Positions 54,031 to 64,000 of a stretch of 64,000 nucleotides of DNA are shown in pieces. Made by a program: the position numbers and the translations under genes. Source of the stretch: Euglena gracilis (taxonomy: Eukaryota); NCBI GenBank assembly GCA_039621445.1, contig CP154954.1, positions 38,239,703-38,303,702 of the forward strand. Reading direction: 5' to 3'. Position 1 is the stretch's first letter. Each line of letters begins with the position of its first letter. Under the pieces are notes generated by a model that did no database searches, was not told where the DNA came from, and saw only the letters and a program-made list of their open reading frames with translations.

Positions 54031-54448
54031 AAACCCCCCCAACTAGAAGCCCCCCGGGGCTACTATTCGGTCACTCTGCGGAATACCCGAGGGGGGGGCT
54101 TCTAATTGGGTACCCTTTGTCTAAAGGAAAAACTTCGGCCGGCGGTCGATCCGGGGATCGAACGGGGTCCAAGTTTAAAAACTTGCAAGACGCATTTATT
54201 CTGGTTTTTGGGTGGATAGGCCATGTTTCAAGGATGCTAGATATCACTTTTGTTCCCAATGTCGAACTTTTTTCGTGGAGAATTTTCGAGTTTTTCACCA
54301 TTTTTCGGAATTTTTGTGTCAAATTTCCCCCCGGCTTTGCTGGGGGGGGGGGGGGGTTATTTGTCTTTGGGGCGGGAAACCTGAGGGGGGGGGGGCTTCT
54401 ATTTGGGGGGGTTGTTATTTGGGGGGGGGGCTTCTAATTGGGGGGGTT

Positions 54449-54449
<1 letters not shown>
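54031..54449. mobile_element. TIR element in (TA)n
   Basis: AAACCCCCCCAACTAGAAGCCCCC / GGGGGCTTCTAATTGGGGGGGTTT, with (TA)n on both sides. Confidence 0.8.
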
Positions 54450-54480
<31 letters not shown>

Positions 54481-54481
<1 letters not shown>

Positions 54482-54725
54482 GGCAGCTCCCAACTATAGG
54501 GGGGTCAGGATAATTTTTTTTGCGTTAATGATGGGATAGGGTTAGGTGCGCGAGTTAGGCTTAGGGTTAGGCCTAACTTATAGACGGGTGTTCGGTGTAC
54601 AAGTTAGGCCTAACCAAGCCTAAGTCGCGCACCTAACCCTACTCCATCATTAACGCAACTAACTCCACCCCCCCCCCCTACTCCCAACTATTCCCCCTAC
54701 TCCCAACAGCCCTATAGTTGGGAGC

Positions 54726-54730
<5 letters not shown>
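54481..54730. mobile_element. TIR element in (TA)n with internal foldback
   Basis: TGGCAGCTCCCAACTATAGG / CCTATAGTTGGGAGCTGCCA, with an internal inverted repeat at 54520-54658. Confidence 0.85.
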
Positions 54731-54768
<38 letters not shown>

Positions 54769-54951
54769 TATATATATATCGATTTTATGGGGTCCGGAAA
54801 AAACTGGAAAATGTCGGCTTTATCAGGAAAACAGGGGGTTTCTTATAGGTGGTTGGGTTCAAGCTCCCCAGGGGTTTCTTATAGGTGGGGGTTTTTTATA
54901 GGTGGGCGTCGGTCCAAAAATCCTCAAAGGGTTTCTTATAGGTGGGAGTTT

Positions 54952-55116
54952 ACCCCCCCTTATTGTCCCACCGACCTCCCCCCGGGAGGCCCGACCGGAC
55001 AACAGGGGGGGGGACAATGAGGGGGTACCAAAGGAATTTCATTGGCCGGGCCAAAAAAAACCCCCCGTCGACCGGGGCCGAGGGACAATAAGGGGGGGGG
55101 ACAATAAGGGGGGGTG
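54952..55116. repeat. ~170-bp dispersed MITE-like repeat
   Basis: CCCCTTATTGTCCC...GGGACAATAAGGGG. Further copies in opposite orientation at ~55575-55735 and ~63055-63215. Confidence 0.8.
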
Positions 55117-56074
55117 GTACGCTATTTTTGGGCCACGTTGGCCATTTTGGCCATTTTGGGCCATTTTGGGCCACCTTGAATAGTTTTTTGGGGCTATTTT
55201 GAACATTTTGGGGTTTATATTCTGAAATTTGGGTTGTTAGTTCCTTATTTGGGGCTGAACTCCAAACTTGATCGATGCAATTTTTTTCAAATTTTGTTGT
55301 TTGGAGATTCCTAATTTGGTCATTATTACAGGGACCAAAAAAAAGGGGAAAGGAAATTAACCCCCCTCCCCACGCTGAAAGAAATTTTTGACTGCTTTTG
55401 GCCACTTTTGGCCTTTTGTCGGCTCAAATTTTTTTCGGACATTGAAACCCATTTATAAGAAACCCCCACCTATAAGAATATATCGGGCCATTTTCTGGAA
55501 ACCCACCTATAATAAACGGGTTTCTCATGAGGGGGGGAGGGTTTAAATGGCCTGAAATGGGCCCAAAATCAATACCCCCCCCCATTGTCCCCCCCCTTAT
55601 TGTCCCTGGGCCCCGGCCGACAGGGGTTTTTTTGGCCCGGCCAATGAAAATCCTTTGGTACGGTCTTATTTCCCCCCCCCTTATTGTCCAATCGGGCCTC
55701 CCGGGGGAAGGTCGGTGGGACAATAAGGGGGGGGGAATAAGCCAAAAATGGCAAAAAAGCCCAAATGCCTGAATTGTGCTTAAAAAGCCCAAATTTTCAA
55801 AAAAAAACTTGCCGTTTGGCCGCCCGAAGGGCGGCGAAACGGAAGCGATGTCCAACAGCAAAAACACCTAAAAGTTCAATGAAAAGTTGGGTTCTTAATC
55901 TGAAAGAACTCTTTCACAATCTGCAAAAAAAATTTGGAGGGTAATTATTTTTTGGCAGGGGGACGAAAAAATTTTGAGTCAAAAAAATCTCGGGGGGGAA
56001 ATCTCCGGGGGGGGATGGCCGCCCCCCCTTGCCCCCCCCCCCAGTTTCTACACCAATGCACACACACACTACAC

Positions 56075-56362
56075 AAAAAATCGTCCATGTCACCCGGACA
56101 CACCGTGTGTCCGGGTTATGGGCGCCGAAGGCGCCCATAACCCGGGTACACGGTATGTCCGGGTGACAATGGACGATTTTTGTCTATATCCGTTGACTAA
56201 GAGGCCCAAGACACACACTGTGTCTCGTGGAACTTAGCCACGCAATGTCTACCCCGTATTTTTTTGCGATTGTTTGTCAAATTTTCAGTTCACGAGGACA
56301 CACACTGTGTCTCGTGGACTGGCAGTCCACGAGACACAGTGTGTGTCCTCGTGAACTGAAAA
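56075..56362. repeat. Two long palindromes
   Basis: Imperfect palindrome at 56075-56183 centred on GGCGCCGAAGGCGCC. Perfect 40-bp arms at 56282-56321 and 56323-56362. Confidence 0.95.
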
Positions 56363-56442
56363 AATCAAGAATTCCCACTGGTCCGACCAACGAGTGCCCC
56401 CCAATAACTTGGCCTTTCTGCAACTTTTGGCTTAGAGCATAA

Positions 56443-57258
56443 AGGTTTCTCGTGGACAAGTGTGGCACCACATTCAAATTCGAGACATACCTGCCTTCTA
56501 CTGTCCGAGGTCATTTCAACTCTCTCGCACGGGTGTTCACATCTGTTGACCCGGACGGCACTCCGGTTCCATCTTCCAAAAAAAAGTTTCCGCAACTGAA
56601 CCGCCTCATGACGTCGGCTCTGACGCGAGAGAGTTCCTAGAAAGCTGTGGGTACGGCTGCCCACCTACCTGTGGAAATTCTTCAGGACGAGGAACTTCCT
56701 ACCGTGCTGGCTTCCGTGGATTGGCGCAAGCCTTTTGAGAGCCAACGTGCAAACATCCTCATTTTGGCGTACAGCACGGGGTACCGAAGTGAGGTTTTGA
56801 GGCGGTTGGAAGTGGGCTCTTTTGTGGAAACGCGGACCGAAGATGGAAAACGAAGGTCATCGTCATAGATGAGGAGCCCGAGTTCTGCACGCAGCCGTCC
56901 CGCGCTTGGCCGCTGGAACTGGAGCGCGACGATGACGACCTGGCTGTCGAGCGCAACCGCGCTCAGTAGTCTAAGTGGACCATTTTTGGCGCTCCCCCAT
57001 CTGCGGAGCACGTGGCCCAGGATATGTCAAACATTCCCTCCCTTTTCCCTGCCGTCTCCTCCTCCCGGGCAAACAAACGCCCTCGTCCTGTCCGTCCCAA
57101 TTGTGGGTTTTGTGGGGTCACCTTTGAACCCACCCTGTCGTGAGCTAAATGCTGTGGTCTGTGATGCGTGTGGGCTGTCGTACCACTGGAAGTGTGCTAA
57201 CCTGGTGCGTCCCCCAAAGCATGGGTCCTGGATTTGTGAGACGTGTGTTGGTCAGTAA
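56443..57258 (+). pseudogene. Decayed Crypton-like tyrosine recombinase (N-terminal half) followed by a PHD finger
   Basis: YLPSTVRGHFNSLARVF...ILQDEEL...PFESQRANILILAYSTGYRSEVLRRL..GSF..EDGKR, with an in-frame stop at 56638. Then CGFC / CDACGLSYHWKC...GSWICETC (PHD, frameshifted). Confidence 0.6.
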
Positions 57259-60200
57259 GGCGTAACGCAGGGCTCCTCGTTACATCTCCTAGTTGTCTGT
57301 TATGCCGTTCCGTGTCCCGACAACCATTGTTCCAAATTCGCGCCAATTGTCTCTCAGCTGTTACAGCTCACGGTTATCCGGCGACCATCTTTCCACTGCC
57401 CTGCTGCATTGCATTAGATGTAGAACACCTCGCATTTCTGGCAAACACCTTTTATTTTTCAGTCCACGAGACACAGTGTGTGTTTTGGGCCTCAGTCCAC
57501 GGATACAAACATGAACATGGGCACGCATACACGCGCGCACGCACACACATGCATATGCACGCACAGAAGGTGTGTGGAACACACATCATATGCAGAGCGG
57601 ACAATATGGTTTGTGGTGGTTTCGGTAAGCCCGCGCGAGCAGGGGGATTGAAGGGAGGCAGCAGGCCAGGCAGTAGGAGCGGGCGGGCTGCGCTCTATTT
57701 TTTGAGCCGAAAATGAGTGTTTTTTGACCCGCCAGCACCCCGTTTTGCCCCGAAACTCATGGAGTTCGGGCCAAAAACAAAAAAACGGGTCAAAAAAGTC
57801 GAAAAATCGAAAAAAAATGAAAATCTGCAATATTCGCAGTCCCATTCCTTTCCAATGTCCATTACCATCCCCCCCATTATGTACCTCCCCCCGGGAGGCC
57901 GAAATTGGGGGGGAGGTACATAATGGGGGGGGAGGTGCACAATGGGGGGGGGTACCCAGGTCCCATTCCCAGACCCGACCCTCGAACAGCCCAAAAGGGC
58001 CCATTATGTACCCCCTGGGGGGGAGGTGCATAATGGGGGGGGATGGTGGCCCACTGTCATAACGCTTTTTCTAAAAGAACTTCCCAAAAAAAGTGCTCAA
58101 AAATCGACGTTTTTGGAACGTTTTCAAAAAGTGATATTAGGCAAATGTGCTTAAAATTGACCATTTATTGCGAACATCCAAAAAGTTGCCAAAAATGACT
58201 CAGCACTCTTCAAAGCCTGGTCAATTATAGGGGGGGGGGCAGTCAAGGTGTGTCAAGACCAAAACTTTGACACAACATCATTGAAAAGGTCAGGATCTCC
58301 TTGGGATTCATTTTAAAACGCCATAGCTGGCGTTTTCTTTGTTTTTTTTTCAAAAAAAAACGTGTTTTTTTTTACTTCGTTTTAAACGAAGTGCCAGCTA
58401 TGGTTGAAACATCCCAAATTTGGTGTCTTTCTCTGACCGAGGATGGGCAAAAAAAGCTAAAATTAAATTCGCGCCGGGAAAAAAAAGGATGTGCGCCAAA
58501 TTTTGTCGGTTCCTCGCCCCCCCCCCCCGGGAAAAAAATTGTTCCGACACCGATGTACCATCCCCCCCCCATTGTGTACCTCCCCCCGGGAGGCCGAAAT
58601 TGGGGGGAGGTACACAAAGACGGGGTGGCAACATGCCCCAACCATAGAGGGCCCCCCCATAATGTACCCCCATACTTGGCATTTTTTTTTAAAAAAACAA
58701 AACAACGTGTTTTTTCAAAAAGAAACGCCAAAAAAAAACATCAAAAAAAACAAAAGGAAAATTTCATTGAAAAAACTCGTTATGAAACACCCAAACCATA
58801 CTTCGAATCCTACTAAGTTCAAAAATTGCCAAAAAAATGGTCAAAAACATTCAAAAAAATGCAAGAAAATGCAACTTTAAGACTTTTTTCATTTTTTGTT
58901 TAAGGAAATATTTGGCAGAAATGCCCCAAAACTTGCCAAAAATGATTGAAAATATGCATTCAAAAAATTTTCCGAGCAAAACCTTGTTGGCGTTTTTTTT
59001 GTTTTTTTTAAAAAAACATTGTTAGAATTAAAAAAAAACCAAAAAAAACAAAGTCCAAAAAAAACAGGTTGCCAACTATGTGTACCCCCCCATTGGATTG
59101 ACTGTGTATGGTTTCGATCGGAGTGACCATGGACCATGACCTTGTCCCCCCCCATATTGTACCCCCCAGAAAATGGCTCCCAGGGGGGGGGGGTACAATA
59201 TGGGGGGCATGGTACACAATGGGGGGGGTACCCAGGTCCCCACAGCCCAAAAGGGGTCATTTTTGGCAACTTTTTGGATGTTCGCAGTAAATGGTCAATT
59301 TTCAGCACATTTGCCAAATGTCACTTTTTGAAAACGTCCCAATGGGGGGTTGGTACACCCCTCCCCCCCCTCTCCGAGGGGCTCGCCACGCCATTTACCC
59401 CCCCTCCCCCCCCAGCCGGACCCCCTCGCCACGCCACCGGCGATTTTCGCGATTTTTTGAACGAAAATTTTGCTGGAAAACCATGGTACACCCCTCCCCC
59501 CCCCCCCTGGTCGCCGACCCCCTCGCCACGCCATTTATCCCCCCTCCCCCCCCCTATTCGGATCCCCTCGCCACGGCGTACCAACCCCCCAATAACGTCG
59601 ATCTTTGAGCACTTTTTTGGGAAATTCTTTAGGAAAAGTGTTATGACAGTGAGCTACCATCCCCCCCCATTGGGGGTGCTACCCCCGTGACCCCCCCATG
59701 ACCCCCCCCCCGTGACCCGCCCGTGACCCGAGAATCGAGCCTTCGATTTTCATACAATGCATCAACCTTCATCACTTCGGCCTTTCTTTTCATTCATCAT
59801 TTCAGCCTGCTTTTTGATGTCTAGGTGGTGTTTTTGGTTGCTTTTCATCAATTTTCTGGTTCAAACCATTGAGAGTTTGCGCTGACATGGTCTAAAAATG
59901 GAAAGAAATGCCAAGATTTGAGGGGAATTTTTTTTCGACCCAAACAATGGCGCTTCTTTGCCATATGAATTTGACCCAAAACTTGGCAAAAGGGGAGATT
60001 GCGCAAGTGGGAAAGAATTTCATGGCAAAAAGGGGGGAGGGAAAACATGAAATTTTTGTGGAAGACCCCCCCCCAAAAAAAACAGAAAATAATTGTCCTC
60101 ACCCCACCCAACCAAACCCCTTTTTGGCACCCAACGTCCAACGCACCTCCACACCCAAAAATGGCCAAAAACTTGTTCCCTTTAAAAAAGTGCCAAAAAA

Positions 60201-63200
60201 TGGTGCATTTCTGCAACCAAAACAGAATTTTTTGGCTACTTTTTTTCAAACCTGGCAATAAATAAAAACAAAAAAATGTTTTTTTGTGTTCTTTTTTTTA
60301 AAAAAAACAAAAAAAAAACGCCAACGAGGTTTTGGGAATTTTTTGGGGGGAAAAAACACTGTCTCACCTCAGTGATGGTGAAGACGAGTAGCTGTTGCGC
60401 CTTGTTTCCGCTTCATCCAAGACCAATTCACCGTCAGACTGAGTGGTCTTCAAAAATGGGAGTTCTTGATTTGCTTTGCCTCTTGTTTCTCAAAAGTTGG
60501 CCGGCGATGAAGGAACTTCAGTTGCAAAACCCATGCCGAGAGGTGGGGGGCAAATAATGTGTTTTCAAAGAAAAATCCATCTTTTTTAAAAAAAAAACTT
60601 TTTTACGTGTTTTTTTCTTCTTCAAAAAATCACTTTTTTTGGGGAAAAAAAAAAGCAAAAACACGTTTTTTTGCCAGCTTTGCTTTTTTCCCCCCTTCAA
60701 AAATAGCCATTTTTGGGCCATTTTTTCAAAAATGGGCCAAAATGCATCCCAAAAAATGTAACGGTCAAGAAAATCCTGACAAAATTCCTTTTGCAAAAAA
60801 TGAAAAAAAGACCAATTCTGTACATAAAAATCACACAAAAATGACCACTTTCAAACCAAAAGGCTTTTTTTTTGTTCAAAAATGGCCCCAAAATAGCCAA
60901 AAAATGATTACTTTTTGGACCCCAAAATCACCAATATTAGGATGCGTGCTGCCCTTTTCGTGGTGGGATGCAACAACTTGGATGCTACCTCCCGACCAAC
61001 TCCAAAGTGGCATACTTCCCCCGTGACCCCCCCGTGACCCCCCCCCCGTGACCCCCCCGTGACCCGCACCACCCCCATTATGTACCTCCATTATATAGGG
61101 GGTACATAATGGGGGGTACATAATGGGGGGGGATGGTAACTTATTTCGGGGGGGAATTCTTGAGTCAAGAAAATTCTCGGGTGGGGAATTCTCGGGGGGG
61201 GGGGGGCGACCGCCCCCCAGTTTCTACTCCAATGTCAGCGCCTCAGGTGCCCAACACACCTTCCAGATGTGTTAAAATATGTTTCTGGCATATTTTTCCA
61301 CAGTTTTACACCATGGGGGTGGTTCGGGTCAGGGTAGATCAGGCAGTAGACTTTGGTCATTTTGACCCTCTCCCCCCCCTATGGTGAAGTTCACCGTTTG
61401 AAAGTTCACCGGGGGGTCCTAGACCCCCTCCCCGGCTGACATGGTGTGGCGAGGGGGTCTGAAAAGGGGGGGGGGTAAAATGGCGTGGCGAGGGGGTCGG
61501 TGAGGGGGGGGAGGGGTGTGCCGACCCCCCCCAGTTTCTACACCAATGTCCACAACTGCTCTCCGTAACAGCAATGGTGTTCAAAAATTTGGCAAATTTG
61601 GCCAATTCTTGAGCCACATGGAGTTTGCTTTGCCAGTATAAAGAGGGGTCAGTTGTGCAAACAATGGCGTAATGGAAAGGATTTATGCTCAGGGTGTTGT
61701 GTGAGGTGCAAATTGTTTCATTTCTCACCCCCGGGGTGAGGACCCCAACCCTGCTTTTTTGCGAAATTGTACGATTTTTTCAGCATGGTTAGATTTGTTG
61801 TGACTTCCTGACTTCCCAATTGGTCTATCTTGTCCGAGGTCAATTGGCCAATTGGGGAGGGGGGGCATGGGAGATCAGGCGGTAACTTTTGGGGTCCCCC
61901 CCCCAGGTGCAGTTCACCGTTTGAAAGTTCACCGGGGGTCGCGGACCACCCACCTCACCCCCCTCTGCCTACCCCAATGGAGGTTCAGTACGTCTGACGA
62001 GGACACTCGGCCAAGGGGGGGGGTCCCTATTTTGCCATGCCGAGGGCGCCAAAGAAAATTTTCTTGGAAAACCCCCGCGCACCCCTCCCCCCCCCATCCG
62101 GGACCCCCTCGCCACGCCAAAACCCCCCCCTGGCCGGACGGCTTGCCATGGCATGCCCACCCCCCGGGGGGTGGGCAGGGGGGCGGCCGCCCCCCCCTGA
62201 GGTATTTTCGTCCTCCCCACCGAGGATTTTCTTGACTCAAAACTTTTTCACCCCCCTCCGAAAAAAAGTTACCCTCCAAAAAATTTTTGCAGTTTGTGAA
62301 AAAATTCTTTCAGGCTCAGAACCCAACTTTTCATTGAATTTCCAAGTTTGTGCTGTTGGACATCGCTACTGTCTCGCCGCCCTTTGGGCGGACAAACAAG
62401 CCCAAAACTAATGGGTTGGAGGGGGAAAAAGTCTTCCTTTTTTCGATTTGGGGTTGTTGTTTGTCAATATCTCCATTGCAGCACATGTATCTTGACTAGG
62501 CTGGTAACGTTCAATTTTTAAGAGAGCAACCAATTTCTGTTGACAAATTTGCTCTTTTTGGGGAAGCTTTTTTGGGAAAATTGCACTACCGTCCAGCCGC
62601 CCTTCAGGCGGAAATAGATTTTTTTTGTTCCATGCAAAATGCCTCAGAGGGGGCGGGTTTTGGGAAACAACCTCTTTTTTTTTTGCATTTTGTTCTCGTT
62701 TGAAACCCCAAAGCACAAAAGGCAACACCGTCTTGCCGCCCGTTGGCGGCTTGAATGCTTCCAAATTGTGATGGATTTGTGCCATCATGTCAATAATTTA
62801 CCACATTTTTTTGTCACGTTCAATGCCTTCTTTCAAAAAAAAGCACTACCGTCTCGCCGCCCTTCGGGCGGGAAAAAGAAAACAACACACACAATATTGG
62901 TCACAGGGGTTTTTTTTAGTCGTGGACCCCTGAGGGGGGGGGTAGGGTGGGTGGGTCTCCCCCTCGGGGAGGTCCCCCCTGTGGGGAGTGGGATATGCTT
63001 TGGCGCCAAAAATTTTTGAAAAGGTGCTATGTTTGGAATTTTTCTGTTTACCACCCCCCCTTTATTGTCCCCCCCTTTATTGTCCCTGGGCCCTGGCCGA
63101 CGAGGGGTTTTTTTTGGCCCGGTCAATGAAATTCCTTTGGTACCCCTTTATTGTCCCCCCCCCCTTATTGTCCGGTCGGGCCTCCCGGGGGCAGGTCGGT

Positions 63201-64000
63201 GGGACAATAAAGGGGTGGGAATGGCCAGTGCCAACTTCGCTTCTAGCCCAGGATCTCGCCACCCCCCCCTTCGAGAAAAAATTGTTTCTACACCACTGGC
63301 TGTGGTGCGCACTTTCAGTGCGCAAATTTCTTTGGAGACTCCGCTACGGAAATGCGTTGCTCGGAAAATTGTGCAAGCGGCACTTTTTGTGAAATTCAAT
63401 TTGCTGAAACTTCAGGAATAACAATCTCATCCCACCGAACCTTCGTGAGCGCAAGAAGTTTTTCTACCATGAGGAGGTAACATGCGACGTTGATGTAAGG
63501 TCACACCGGTCACATATGACCCGTAAAAACTACCATGTTCCCCCCGCGACCCCCCTTCCCCCCCGACCCCTACACCTCCATGGTGTATTGTGGTGTACTG
63601 TGGTGGTGGTATAGTGGACTGCCATTGTCACAATAAAGCTCATGTTCCCGCCTTTGTATTTGATGCTTCCTGGCCTTCACTCCCCCCCTTGATGCTTGAT
63701 GGATGATTGCAACGAGCAAATGTTTAATTTCTTTTCTCGGACACATAGGCGACATATACCATTACCCTCCCTAAACGACCCCACCTTAAATGACCCTCGG
63801 GGGTCCGGGCCCGGACAATGGAAAATTTTTTTCAAGGAAAAAGTCTTCAAAACCGACCGATTTTTTGAGATTTTCAGAAAAGTGAGTTTTCCTTCTTCAT
63901 TGATGCCAAAGAACACAAATTCCACAAAAAAATTACAAAAAAAAACGGGGTAGGGGGTGTCCGAGACCCTTTTTTTTTTCGACCCCCCCCTGAGTGACCC

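Noticed and set aside
59760-60540. Possible minus-strand exons near 59800 and 60400
   Set aside because: Stops in the candidate frames, no consistent splice phase and no recognisable protein.
1-64000. Prokaryotic defence or retron-type system suggested by RT + MTase + recombinase
   Set aside because: The domain order, overlapping frames and ITR/ICR structure are those of eukaryotic DIRS retrotransposons, within intron-containing DNA.

Overview
Eukaryotic nuclear DNA, most likely from a euglenid (Euglena-like). This is inferred from a euglenozoan-type ATPTB1 gene, GT-AG introns, candidate trans-splice acceptors and TTAGGG repeats. One intact host gene is reconstructed: mitochondrial ATP synthase subunit ATPTB1 (LETM1/Mdm38-like), + strand, 12 coding exons across 7134/7182-27750, with introns packed with MITEs and an interstitial telomeric array. 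Upstream is a CRE-like non-LTR retrotransposon (RT plus restriction-like endonuclease) carrying a 2A ribosomal-skip peptide. Downstream is a nested, rearranged cluster of DIRS-type tyrosine-recombinase retrotransposons (RT, RNase H, N6-adenine MTase, YR). One copy looks fully intact and is flanked by a 7-bp duplication, unusual for DIRS. Further right are an orphan EF-hand-like exon, a decayed V-H+-PPase fragment, several TIR elements piled into one TA microsatellite, and a decayed Crypton-like recombinase with a PHD finger and long palindromes. Most short ORFs in the track are noise from low-complexity repeats. All family assignments are by motif recognition only; no searches were run.
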